Origin: an uncultured Caldilineales bacterium
GTDB taxonomy: Bacteria; Chloroflexota; Anaerolineae; JAAEKA01
Direction of reading: 5' to 3'
Assembly: GCA_937907455.1 (NCBI GenBank)
Contig: CALESQ010000076.1
Location: 68,793-132,792 of the forward strand
Length of the DNA stretch: 64,000 bases
Shown here: positions 1 through 8,662 of the stretch, piece by piece
Layout of the letters: each line of letters starts with the position of its first letter
Position numbering within the stretch: position 1 is the first letter of the stretch
The notes under the pieces: model-generated
Seen by the model: the letters and a program-made list of their open reading frames with translations, nothing else
Told to the model about the DNA's origin: nothing
The model's database searches: none
Program-made: the position numbers and the translations under genes

Positions 1-50
1 CGGGCGGGCAAGGTTCTGTCCAGGCAACTGTGTTGGTTCGGGCGGTAAGA
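1..50 (+). repeat. copy A of a ~50-nt repeated non-coding element (copy B at 58208..58259)
   Basis: Core is GGTTCTGTCCAGGCAACTG..TTGGTTCG.GCGG.AAGA. By direct comparison 35 of 39 positions are identical between 12..50 and 58221..58259. The element may continue left of the window. Confidence 0.6.
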
Positions 51-291
51 CAAGGACAATCTGCCTGCCCCCTGCGGCAACCAGCGTCTGTCTGATGTTT
101 TGAAACAGACTGCGTAACATGACTTACAAACTATTAAACCAGATTAAGCCGGTTACCTTGATATTCAAGTCGCGCGGGATTTGGAGCGCAACCTTAGTCG
201 TGGAAGACTTTTTGCCTCCACCGGAAGAGTTGGCCTTTAGCGAAGAAACAGCGGCCTCGCCCTGTTCCCACAGCGCCCCGCGGGTGCGTCC

Positions 292-1371
292 TCACGGCAC
301 CGGCAGGCCGGAAAGCGCCTGCGAGGGCACCGGCGGCAAGGCGCTTTCGTCGGTGAGTGCGCCCAGAAAAGCCACCAGATCAGCTTGCTCCTCGCCGCTA
401 AGCGTAAAGCCCTGCAACAGCGAATCCACCAACGGGAAGCCCTGAGCGCGTCCCGCGCCTGCCGCGTAGAACTGGATCACTGCCTCCAGCGTAGGGAAAG
501 CGCCGTTGTGCATGTAGGGCGCTGTGCGTGCCACATTGCGCAGGGTAGGGATTTTAAATGCCCCATGCAGGCCCGTGACGTTTACCGCGGCACGGCCAGG
601 GTCATCGCTGGGTACGCCGATGACGCGAAACGTCTCCTGCGTAAAGGCCGGGGCTACATGGCACTCAGCGCAGCGCGTGCGTTCGCTGAAAAACAGCACC
701 ATGCCGCGCTGCTCAGTCGCAGTGAGGGCCGCGGTATCACCGGCTACATAGCGATCAAACGCGCTGCTGCGGCTGAGCAGCGTGCGCTGAAACGCGGCCA
801 GTGCACGCGTTACATTGACAAACGTGATGGCGTCGGCGCTGTCGAAGGCCGCAGTAAACGCCTGTTGGTAGGCAGGAAGCGCACCCAGCCGCGCTTCAAT
901 CTCTGCCGGGTTTGAGGCCATCTCGTGCGGCAGCGTCAACGGATCAATCGCCTGCGCCTCCAGCGACTCTACATGCCCATCCCAGGTGAGTTGGCGGGTG
1001 AAGGCCACATTCCACAGCGAGGGCACATTGCGCGGCGGCGCGCCGGGGCGAGCCGTACTCACCGCAGCGCCGTTGGAAAACCCCATATCAGGCCGATGGC
1101 AGTGCGCACAGGACATCGCTCGCCCGCTGGAAAGAATGGGATCGTAAAACAATTGACGGCCCAGCTCGATTTTGGCCGCGTTTTGCGGATTATCAGCCGG
1201 TCGCGCTGCGGCAGGAAAATCGCTGCGCTGCGCGGCCAGCGGCAGCGGTATAGCCGTGGCCGCCGGTGCTGCCACGGGTACCGGCCCTGAGGCACAGGCC
1301 GCGCTGCTCAACAGCAGCAGCGTCAGCCCGACAACACCCAACCACGAAGTGAAAATATCGGTTCTTTGCAT
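292..1371 (-). CDS. di-haem cytochrome c peroxidase (CCP/MauG family), probable lipoprotein
   Basis: ORF 292..1512 trimmed to the ATG at 1371 (MQRTDIF...). Two CxxCH motifs (CAHCH, CAECH), a PTLRNV..APYMHNG motif, and a signal peptide ending LLSSAAC. Confidence 0.85.
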   Translation of the reverse strand: MQRTDIFTSWLGVVGLTLLLLSSAACASGPVPVAAPAATAIPLPLAAQRSDFPAAARPADNPQNAAKIELGRQLFYDPILSSGRAMSCAHCHRPDMGFSNGAAVSTARPGAPPRNVPSLWNVAFTRQLTWDGHVESLEAQAIDPLTLPHEMASNPAEIEARLGALPAYQQAFTAAFDSADAITFVNVTRALAAFQRTLLSRSSAFDRYVAGDTAALTATEQRGMVLFFSERTRCAECHVAPAFTQETFRVIGVPSDDPGRAAVNVTGLHGAFKIPTLRNVARTAPYMHNGAFPTLEAVIQFYAAGAGRAQGFPLVDSLLQGFTLSGEEQADLVAFLGALTDESALPPVPSQALSGLPVP

Positions 1372-1501
1372 AGCGATCACCACTTTAATCAACAAAGGCG
1401 GTTCGTCTTTGCCACACACTGCATTGCGTTGTTTGGCGGGGAAAACAGCCGGTGTGGTTGTCATCCATCCGGCGCGCAGCCAGCAATCCCAGGTTTGCTG
1501 T

Positions 1502-2794
1502 TTACCGTTCATGGTTTGCCTCTTCGGCCAGCATAGCGCTGGTGTAGCCGCGCAAGCGGGGATAGCGCCAGGCGATGACGCCGGTCATGAATACGGTGGC
1601 TATACCGCCGCTGACGATAGCAAAAGGCACGCCAAAAGCTGCGGCCACCGCGCTGGCTTCCAGTTCACCCAGATAGGGGCCGCCCATAAAAAAGATTTGG
1701 TTGATGCCTGTCATGCGGCCGCGCAGCCGGTCCGGTGTCATCACCTGGCGGATGGTCTGGCGGATAATGGTGGACACCGTGTCGCTGGCGCCAACCAGCG
1801 CAAAGCAGAGGTAGCTCCATACAAAGGTGGCAGACAGGCCGAACAACGCAGTAGCTACGCCATAGAGCGCCACGCTACCCAACAGCACGGCTCCCTGGCG
1901 ATAGATATCACGGCGCAGTGAGATCACACTGCCGGCCAGCAGCGAGCCGACAGCATCTGCCGAAGCCAGCAGGCCATAGCCATCGGCGCTCATCCCCAGA
2001 ATTTGGCCGGCCACCAGCGGCAACAGATTGCGCGCCGAGCTAAACAGCGTGGCGAAGAAATCCAGCAACATGCTGCCCCAGATGATGCGCGTGCCGCGCA
2101 CAAAACGCCAGCCTTCGGCAATAGCTTGTAAACCGGCCGTGGCGTGCGCCTCCGCCGGGCCGCTACGATAGCGAATCAACAGCAGGGCGGCCACAATAGC
2201 GGTGAAGGAAAGCGTATTGGCTACGTAGACCCATCCTACGTTGGTGGTGGCCATCAGCGCACCCGCCAGCGCCGGGCCGATAATGGTTGCTACTTGACGC
2301 ACCAATGAATTCAGGCTAATGGCATTTGTCAGGTCCTGGCGAGGTACCAGGTTGGGCACAATAGCCTGAAACGCCGGGCCTGAAAAGGCAGCCGTCGCCG
2401 TACCTGCCGCTGTGAGCAGATACACGATAGCCAGGGTATCACGCTGCATCAGGCTGAACAGCGCCAGCAGGGCTGCAAACAAGGCAGCCAGCATGTTGGT
2501 GATCACCAGCAAGCGGCGGCGGTTGGTAGTGTCTGCCAACAGACCGCCCGCCAGGGCAAAAAAGAGAATGGGGATGAAGCGCACCAGACCTACGCCGCCC
2601 AGCCCCAGAGCCTCAGCCTTCAAAGCAACCGAGTGGCCCAGCAGCGACAGGTGAAGCTGCTGGCCTTCCAGTAACTTGTAGACATGCCAGTTGACAGCTA
2701 TAAACTGCATCTGCGAGCCGGTTACCGAAACAAAATTACCCAGCCAGATCAGGCGGTAGTCGCGGTGATGTAGCGCAGCAAAGCGAGTGGGCAT
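1502..2794 (-). CDS. MFS transporter
   Basis: 430-aa ORF with about 12 hydrophobic segments. The N-terminus (RDYRLIWLGNFVSVTGSQMQ) is typical of the EntS/MFS_3-like family. Confidence 0.8.
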   Translation of the reverse strand: MPTRFAALHHRDYRLIWLGNFVSVTGSQMQFIAVNWHVYKLLEGQQLHLSLLGHSVALKAEALGLGGVGLVRFIPILFFALAGGLLADTTNRRRLLVITNMLAALFAALLALFSLMQRDTLAIVYLLTAAGTATAAFSGPAFQAIVPNLVPRQDLTNAISLNSLVRQVATIIGPALAGALMATTNVGWVYVANTLSFTAIVAALLLIRYRSGPAEAHATAGLQAIAEGWRFVRGTRIIWGSMLLDFFATLFSSARNLLPLVAGQILGMSADGYGLLASADAVGSLLAGSVISLRRDIYRQGAVLLGSVALYGVATALFGLSATFVWSYLCFALVGASDTVSTIIRQTIRQVMTPDRLRGRMTGINQIFFMGGPYLGELEASAVAAAFGVPFAIVSGGIATVFMTGVIAWRYPRLRGYTSAMLAEEANHER

Positions 2795-2825
2795 GAAGGG
2801 AACCGGTGATCAGCAATCAGTTTGA

Positions 2826-3605
2826 TTAAACATTGTCGTGTAGCGCGGCCAGCACCTGCGGCAGCAGCACCTGACTGGTAGCCAGTGCCTCGCCCGCATG
2901 GATTGTCTCGCGGCCGTGCCAATCACCAAAAAAGCCACCCGCCTCGCGCAAAATCACAGGAAAGGGGCCGCAATCCCACACGCTGGTGATGGGATCAAGC
3001 ATCAGCTCGGCGCGGCCGGTGGCTACCAGGCAATAGCCGTAGGCATCGCCCAGGCCGGGGCGGTGATAGGTGCGCTGCAGAATGCGCTGCCATTCAGCGG
3101 CGCGGCCATAGCGTGCAAAGCTGCCGGCATCGCTGCACGACACATAGGCGCGCGCCAGGCTGGTTTCGTCAGACACACGGGCGCGGCGCCCGTTCCACCA
3201 GCAGCCCAGACCAGAGGCCGCGCAAATCAGCTCATCCAGCGCGGGGAAGTAGACTGCACCCACCTCCACACGTCCGGCGATCTCTAATCCCAGCAATACC
3301 CCATAAAGCGGTGTGCCGCGGATAAAGGCTTTGGTGCCGTCAATCGGGTCAATAAACCAACGTTGCGTCGCTCCCTGTGTTTCCTGTACGCCAAATTCTT
3401 CGCCCACAATGGCGTGATCAGGATAGGCATGCTCGATGCGGCCGCGGATAAACTGCTCGGCGGCACGATCCGCAGCGGTGACAGGGGTATCGTCGCTTTT
3501 CATATCAGGGCGCACCCCAGCTTGGTAGTAGCCCAGCGTTAGCTTGCCCGCCAGGTGAACGGTCTCGACAGCAAATTCCAGCAAAGCAGAGAGGGTTTGG
3601 GACAT
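2826..3605 (-). CDS. inositol monophosphatase family protein, HisN-like histidinol-phosphatase
   Basis: WFIDPIDGTKAFIRGTPLYG motif and an IMPase fold signature. Start trimmed to MSQTLSALLEF and is uncertain (ORF extends to 3677). Confidence 0.75.
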   Translation of the reverse strand: MSQTLSALLEFAVETVHLAGKLTLGYYQAGVRPDMKSDDTPVTAADRAAEQFIRGRIEHAYPDHAIVGEEFGVQETQGATQRWFIDPIDGTKAFIRGTPLYGVLLGLEIAGRVEVGAVYFPALDELICAASGLGCWWNGRRARVSDETSLARAYVSCSDAGSFARYGRAAEWQRILQRTYHRPGLGDAYGYCLVATGRAELMLDPITSVWDCGPFPVILREAGGFFGDWHGRETIHAGEALATSQVLLPQVLAALHDNV

Positions 3606-3777
3606 AGGAGGGAGTAGGGATGGGCTGGGAGCGGCAAAGCTTGCTTTGCTGCTCTGATGTGCAAAGAAAAACGCCACGCAGCAGCGAGTGCCCTCCGTGG
3701 CGTTCGTTCAATTGATGTTCGCAGAGCTTTCAGCTCAACCGGCTTCTGTGTGGGGCGGGCCGGCGATTGCGCTGGTG

Positions 3778-4935
3778 CTAGCGGCTCATGTGCATGGGCA
3801 TCACCACGCAGGTGAATTCTTCCGGGCCTACGCCTACGGGGCGCACCACACCCGGCGCACTGGAGCGCGTCGTCTCTACCGCTATCTGCGGCTCGGTGAT
3901 GACATTGAGCACATCCAGCATGTAGCGGCCATTAAAAGCGATTTCCCCTTCGGGGCCTTCAATGAACGCGTCAAGGTTCGCCAGGTTATCGCCCGACTCG
4001 GCAGAGGTGGCGGTCATAGCCAGGGTACCGGGCACCCCATCGCTGCCGGGAGTCATCTGAAACCGCACGATATTCGAGCTGTCGCGCGCGAACAGGTTGG
4101 CTACGCGCAGGGCACGCAGGGCCGCTTGCGTATCAATTACGGTGCGCGTGCTGTAGCTCTTCGGGATGATCGCTTCGTAGTTGGGGAAATTGGCGTCAAT
4201 TAGCTGCGACACCATATCCACATCAGGCAGGTGGAAAAGGATTTGATTGCGCGCCGCGGCAATGGTGATATCCACCATCGGCGTATCACCCTCTGCTTTG
4301 GGCAGCAGGCCGATGATGCGGCTTAACTCGGACAAAGCGCGGGCGGGCACAATCACCTCGGTACGTTCCGGCACAGCTTCGCTCAGCTCGGTGCTGCGCA
4401 CTGCCAAGCGGAAGCCGTCAGTGGCGGCCAGCGTCAGGCGCTTGCCATTGAAACGTACATTGATGCCGGTGAGGGTGGGGCGGCTTTCATCGGTTGCTGC
4501 GGCAAAAGCCACTTGGTTGATCATGGTGCGCAGCGTTTCCGCCTCGATGCGGATCACATCTAACCCTTCGTTGGAGGGAATGATCGGGAACTCTGCCGCA
4601 TCAATGCCTTTGATATTGGTGTCGTAGCGCGCGCATTTCAAATTGAGCATCAGAGTGCGCACACTCAGGTCCATGTCAATGCGCTCGGCGGGCAATTGGT
4701 TGACAAACTCGCCCAGCAGGCGCGCCGGTACAGTGACAGCACCTTCATCCTCGACCATGGCGCCAATCCAGCAGCTAATGCCGATTTCCAGGTTGGTGGC
4801 GGCCAGCTTCAAGCGGCCTTCATCGGTCGCCAGCAGGATGTTGCCCAGCACCGGTAGCGTGCTGCGCGGTGAAACAGCACGGCCAACAATGTTAAGTCCA
4901 CGGGACAGGTTGTCTTGTAAACAGGATAAGCGCAC
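3778..4935 (-). CDS. dnaN: DNA polymerase III beta sliding clamp
   Basis: VRLSCLQDNLSRGLNIVGRAV..LPVLGNILL is typical of a DnaN N-terminus. GTG start at 4935 with GGAGG 8-12 nt upstream. Confidence 0.9.
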   Translation of the reverse strand: MRLSCLQDNLSRGLNIVGRAVSPRSTLPVLGNILLATDEGRLKLAATNLEIGISCWIGAMVEDEGAVTVPARLLGEFVNQLPAERIDMDLSVRTLMLNLKCARYDTNIKGIDAAEFPIIPSNEGLDVIRIEAETLRTMINQVAFAAATDESRPTLTGINVRFNGKRLTLAATDGFRLAVRSTELSEAVPERTEVIVPARALSELSRIIGLLPKAEGDTPMVDITIAAARNQILFHLPDVDMVSQLIDANFPNYEAIIPKSYSTRTVIDTQAALRALRVANLFARDSSNIVRFQMTPGSDGVPGTLAMTATSAESGDNLANLDAFIEGPEGEIAFNGRYMLDVLNVITEPQIAVETTRSSAPGVVRPVGVGPEEFTCVVMPMHMSR

Positions 4936-5178
4936 GGAACAACCTCCGACTGTTCGCAAAAGAAGCCAAAATTAACGTTCCGCAAAGTATACCATAAAAC
5001 TGCCAGTTTGCCAGATTATGTCTGGGGCAATCACGGGGCGGTAAAAGCGGGTACAGCGCCCGTTTTGAGCCGATTGGCGGCCGCGGCGGTGGGTTCATGA
5101 CGCTGCCGGCAGCGCGCGAATTGCAAACCTCCTCAGTCCTTGCCGATTCGTGAACCTGCGGGTACAATCGGGCATGAT

Positions 5179-6267
5179 ATGAAAACAGCCCTGGTGCATG
5201 ACTGGCTTAATCAAATCGGCGGTGCTGAGAATGTGCTGGAAACACTGGTTGATTTGTTTCCCGCTGCGCCGGTATACACCAGCATGTACGCGCCGGAATT
5301 GATGCCGCCTGCCTATCAGGGCTGGGACATTCGCACCAGCTTTATGCAGCGTCTGCCGGGCGTAGCTACACATCATCAAAGCTATCTGCCGGCCTATCCT
5401 CTGGCCTTTGAACAGTTTGATTTCAGCGACTATGACCTGGTGCTGAGCAACAAATCGGCTTTTTGCCACGGTGTGCTTACTCCGCCGGAAACGCTGCACA
5501 TCTGCTATTGTCTGACCCCTACGCGTTTTCTGTGGATGTACGATACCTATCGCCAGCGCGAGGGGCTGGGCCGGGCGGCCCACATCGCCTTGCAGCCGTT
5601 GTTGAGCGGTTTGCGGCAATGGGATAGGCTGGCAGCAGACCGTGTGGATCATTTTATTGCTATCAGCCGTGTGGTGCAGGCACGCATTGAGAAATACTAT
5701 CGCCGCCCCAGCACGGTGATCTATCCGCCGGTGGATGTGGAGCGCTTCACGCCGTCGGGCCGCGCCCCGGGTGATTACTACCTGGCTGGCGGTCGGTTGA
5801 TTCCGTACAAGCGTGTGGATTTGGCCGTGGAGGCCTTCAATCGGCTGGGCCTGCCGCTGCTGGTTTATGGCGATGGCCGCGACCGTGCCGAGCTGCAAAG
5901 CAAGGCTGCTGCTAATATCACCTTCCTGGGACGCGTGTCCTGGGAGGATCTGGTGGCGCTGTTTCAGGACTGCCGCGGCTTCGTTTTTCCCGGCCTGGAG
6001 GATTTCGGCATTGCTCCGGTAGAGGCGCAGGCTGCTGGCCGTCCGGTGATTGCCTACGCCGGTGGTGGCGCGCTGGATACGGTGTTGGAAGGCACTACCG
6101 GCGTGTTGTTCCGCCAGCAAACGGTGGAGGCGCTGATGCAGGCCGTGCGCACCGCCGAGACCCTTTCTTTCAGTCCGGCTGCCTGCCGTCTCAACGCCGA
6201 ACGCTTCGCCGTGCCTCGCTTTCGCCAGGAACTGATGGCGTTTGTGGAGCAGAAGGTGGGCAAGTAA
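5179..6267 (+). CDS. glycosyltransferase family 4
   Basis: MKTALVHDWLNQIGGAENVLE N-terminus and a C-terminal EDFGIAPVEAQAAGRPVIA (EX7E-type) motif. Confidence 0.85.
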   Translation: MKTALVHDWLNQIGGAENVLETLVDLFPAAPVYTSMYAPELMPPAYQGWDIRTSFMQRLPGVATHHQSYLPAYPLAFEQFDFSDYDLVLSNKSAFCHGVLTPPETLHICYCLTPTRFLWMYDTYRQREGLGRAAHIALQPLLSGLRQWDRLAADRVDHFIAISRVVQARIEKYYRRPSTVIYPPVDVERFTPSGRAPGDYYLAGGRLIPYKRVDLAVEAFNRLGLPLLVYGDGRDRAELQSKAAANITFLGRVSWEDLVALFQDCRGFVFPGLEDFGIAPVEAQAAGRPVIAYAGGGALDTVLEGTTGVLFRQQTVEALMQAVRTAETLSFSPAACRLNAERFAVPRFRQELMAFVEQKVGK

Positions 6268-6342
6268 GCAGGTAGACAGGTAAACAAGTAGACAGGTAGA
6301 CATGTAGACAGGTACGCCGGAGGCGGGTAGACTGGTAACGGT
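6264..6342 (+). repeat. 8-bp-period short tandem repeat (GTAGACAR)n with an embedded CGCC-GGA-GGCG hairpin
   Basis: Reads GTAAGCAG GTAGACAG GTAAACAA GTAGACAG GTAGACAT GTAGACAG GTACGCCGGAGGCGG GTAGACTG GTAACGGT. The first unit contains the TAA stop of the GT4 gene. Confidence 0.85.
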
Positions 6343-6390
6343 CACCCTGCCACCTTGTCACTCTGCCACGCATTCACCCCATCCGCACTT

Positions 6391-7077
6391 ATGGAACTAC
6401 GCACTTATTGGACTATCCTGCGCCGCTGGGCGTGGATTCCTCTGCTGACGCTGCTGCTGGCGGCCGCGCTCTCTTTGTTGATGCTGCGCCCGTGGCAACG
6501 ACCCGCGCCCGCTTATAGCACTACACTTAGCTTCAGCGTGGGCGTACAGTCGCCACAGGCTGAAATCACCGGCGAAGAGAGCTACTATACCGCGCTGGCT
6601 AGCGAATATTTGATTGACGACCTGGCCGAGGTGGTGCGCGGCAGCGAGTTTGCCGCTGCGGTGAGCGCGCGGCTGGCCGACCAGGGGCTTACTGTGCCCG
6701 CGGGCGCGCTGCAAGGCTCAACTCAGGCCGGCAAACTGCACCGCATTCTGGCGGTCACTATCATTTGGCCCAATGCCGATGAGCTGAATGCCATCAGCGA
6801 CGCGGTGGCGCTGACCTTGCAACAAGATGCGGCGCGCTTTATGCCACGCCTTTTTGCGCAAAATGCCGCAGCCTATCTGATCAACCGCGGCGGTGTAGGC
6901 GAAATTGGCCCGGGGCTGCGCCAAAAACTGGAACTGCCACTGCGCTTGCTGATCGCCCTGGCCGCAGGTATTGGGCTGGCTTTTGTGGCGCATTACCTGG
7001 ACGACCGCGTGCGCGGCCGTGAAGATGTCGAACCGCTGGGCCTGCCGGTGATTGGCGAAATCCCGCGCCCGCGCTGA
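6391..7077 (+). CDS. Wzz/CpsC-like polysaccharide chain-length determinant protein (paralog 1)
   Basis: MELRTYWTILRRWAWIPLL followed by a TM segment, a periplasmic-type domain and a C-terminal TM segment. Sits next to a second paralog and a CpsD-like ATPase. Confidence 0.6.
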   Translation: MELRTYWTILRRWAWIPLLTLLLAAALSLLMLRPWQRPAPAYSTTLSFSVGVQSPQAEITGEESYYTALASEYLIDDLAEVVRGSEFAAAVSARLADQGLTVPAGALQGSTQAGKLHRILAVTIIWPNADELNAISDAVALTLQQDAARFMPRLFAQNAAAYLINRGGVGEIGPGLRQKLELPLRLLIALAAGIGLAFVAHYLDDRVRGREDVEPLGLPVIGEIPRPR

Positions 7078-7094
7078 CGGAGTAAAACGAACCG

Positions 7095-7757
7095 ATGGAA
7101 ATACGCGACTACCTGCAAATCCTGCGCAAGCGGGGATGGATTATCGTGGTGCTGGCGCTGCTGGCTGCACTGGCAGCGTTCGGCATCAGCAAGGTGCAAA
7201 CGCCGATCTACAAGGCCAAAGCCACAGTTAGCGTGGTGCCGGCCCGGCCTGATCTGGGCTTGGGCATGACTGCCAAGGACCTGCTGCGTAACTTCGCCGT
7301 CAACATCAAGACGCACAAAACCGCGCGCCAGGTGATTGATGCCGCCCAACTGGATATGTCTACCTACGACCTGCTGAGCAAGGTAGAGGTCAATTCGGTA
7401 GGCGATTCGTTTATGATCGAGATTTCGGCAGAAGATGAAGAGCCGGCAGTGGCTACCCGCATCGCCATGGCCTTTGCCAACCAGTTCATTGCCGAACGTA
7501 ACGCCTATTACCAGCAGCTTGACAAAAACGAGCGTATCGAGGTCAAACTGGTTGACGACATCATTGATGCACCCTTGTTCAAGCCCAAGCCGCTGCTGAA
7601 CGCTGTGGCGGGGCTGGTGCTGGGGGCATTGCTGGGCCTGCTCATCCTCTTTTTGCTGGAGTGGCTGGAGGCCGATATTCTGCGCACCCCCGCCGCCGTG
7701 GAACGCACCCTGGGCGTCGGAGTTCTCGCCACTATTCCAGCCGAGCGCAGGCAGTAA
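7095..7757 (+). CDS. Wzz/CpsC-like polysaccharide chain-length determinant protein (paralog 2)
   Basis: MEIRDYLQILRKRGWIIVVLALLAA..YKAKATVSV is a typical Wzz N-terminus. C-terminal TM segment present. Confidence 0.7.
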   Translation: MEIRDYLQILRKRGWIIVVLALLAALAAFGISKVQTPIYKAKATVSVVPARPDLGLGMTAKDLLRNFAVNIKTHKTARQVIDAAQLDMSTYDLLSKVEVNSVGDSFMIEISAEDEEPAVATRIAMAFANQFIAERNAYYQQLDKNERIEVKLVDDIIDAPLFKPKPLLNAVAGLVLGALLGLLILFLLEWLEADILRTPAAVERTLGVGVLATIPAERRQ

Positions 7758-7809
7758 AGCGTAAACAGCAAGGAGCCAGTAGCCATTCGGAAGCAACGTG
7801 GGTTGGCTT

Positions 7810-7850
7810 GGTCAGGAGATTGGGAACTATCCCACAGACAGGACCAAAGC
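7810..7850 (+). repeat. dispersed structured element, diverged copy
   Basis: GGTCAGGAGATTGGGAACTATCCCACAGACAGGACCAAAGC matches the GGTCWGGAGATTGGGAACCATCCCGCAGGGACCGGCC family also seen at 15019, 32221, 32428 and 43197. Confidence 0.7.
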
Positions 7851-7918
7851 GCCAGCCTTCTTCTGCACAGCTACTTACCCTTTACCCATACCCTTTGAAC
7901 TCACCCCTTAAAACTTCT

Positions 7919-8545
7919 ATGACCCCACCCCTGATCACCCTAACTGACCCGCGTTCTGCTGCGGCAGAAGCCTATCGTTCGTTGTATATCAACCTCAGCT
8001 TCTCCAGCCAGGAAAAGCCGCTACGTCGCTTGCTGATCAGCGCGGCCGGGCCAGAGGGCAGCAACTCGCTGGTGCTGGCGAATCTGGCCGTGGTAGCTGC
8101 ACAGATGGGCCAGCGTGTGCTGGTGGTGGATGCTGACCTGCGCCAACCGCAGCAGCATGAGCTGTTCGGTTTGCGCAACGAGCGCGGCTTGACGACGCTG
8201 GTTGCCGGCAAAGAGGCTGCGGCTGCGGCTTTGCAAGCTGCGGCTGGCATAGAGGGCCTGGGTGTGCTCACCAGTGGCCCGCTGCCCACCAGTCCTTCGC
8301 AGGTGCTGGCTAATCGCCGCTTCGATGAGTTGCTGGCCGAGCTGGCCGAGCAGGTGGACTTGATCCTGCTGGATGCTCCTCCCATCACCGCAGTGGCCGA
8401 TGCTTCAGTGCTGGCCGCTAAAGCAGATGGCGTGCTGCTGGTGCTGAATGCTGGTCAAAGCAAGCGCGACGAGGCCCGTCAGGCTAAAGAAACGCTGGAA
8501 AAAATCAACGCGCATGTGGTGGGAGTGGTGCTGAATAACACGTAA
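7919..8545 (+). CDS. CpsD/PtkA-like BY-kinase ATPase domain protein with a degenerate Walker A motif
   Basis: ITLTDPRSAAAEAYRSLYINL, Walker A' VLVVDADLRQP and Walker B DLILLDAPP. Walker A reads GPEGSNS where PGEGKST is expected. Start trimmed to the ATG at 7919. Confidence 0.75.
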   Translation: MTPPLITLTDPRSAAAEAYRSLYINLSFSSQEKPLRRLLISAAGPEGSNSLVLANLAVVAAQMGQRVLVVDADLRQPQQHELFGLRNERGLTTLVAGKEAAAAALQAAAGIEGLGVLTSGPLPTSPSQVLANRRFDELLAELAEQVDLILLDAPPITAVADASVLAAKADGVLLVLNAGQSKRDEARQAKETLEKINAHVVGVVLNNT

Positions 8546-8604
8546 TGCGTACCCTTCCCGAAATCGGCGCTTTTGCAGCCGCCGATGGTAAATCAGGGTT
8601 ATAA

Positions 8605-8625
8605 GTACGAGTTACGAGTTACGAA
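8605..8625 (+). repeat. small heptamer tandem repeat (GTTACGA)x3
   Basis: GTACGA GTTACGA GTTACGA, in the intergenic region upstream of rmlA. Confidence 0.5.
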
Positions 8626-8662
8626 TCTCGCCCCTTAAAACTTAAAATTTCCGAGGCAACCC

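Noticed and set aside
119-445. ORF at the left edge whose N-terminal part (VVEDFLPPPEELAFSEE) resembles the N-terminus of some small CopG-like type II antitoxins; possible TA remnant.
   Set aside because: The resemblance rests on one short motif recalled from memory. The ORF runs about 150 nt antisense into the cytochrome c peroxidase gene, and no partner toxin is visible. I cannot support it as a gene or pseudogene.
3778-5178. Replication origin near dnaN.
   Set aside because: No dnaA gene is adjacent. I saw no TTATCCACA-type DnaA boxes or AT-rich unwinding element in 4936..5178.
5095-6345. Long antisense ORFs opposite clearly homologous genes: 5095..6345, 8981..9745, 18480..19550, 23654..24787, 25229..26134, 45151..46170, 55093..56037, 58153..60006, 61961..62818 and 62858..63667.
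   Set aside because: These are typical GC-rich shadow ORFs. Their translations are Arg/Ala/Gly/His-rich with no motifs. The opposite strand carries unmistakable conserved proteins.
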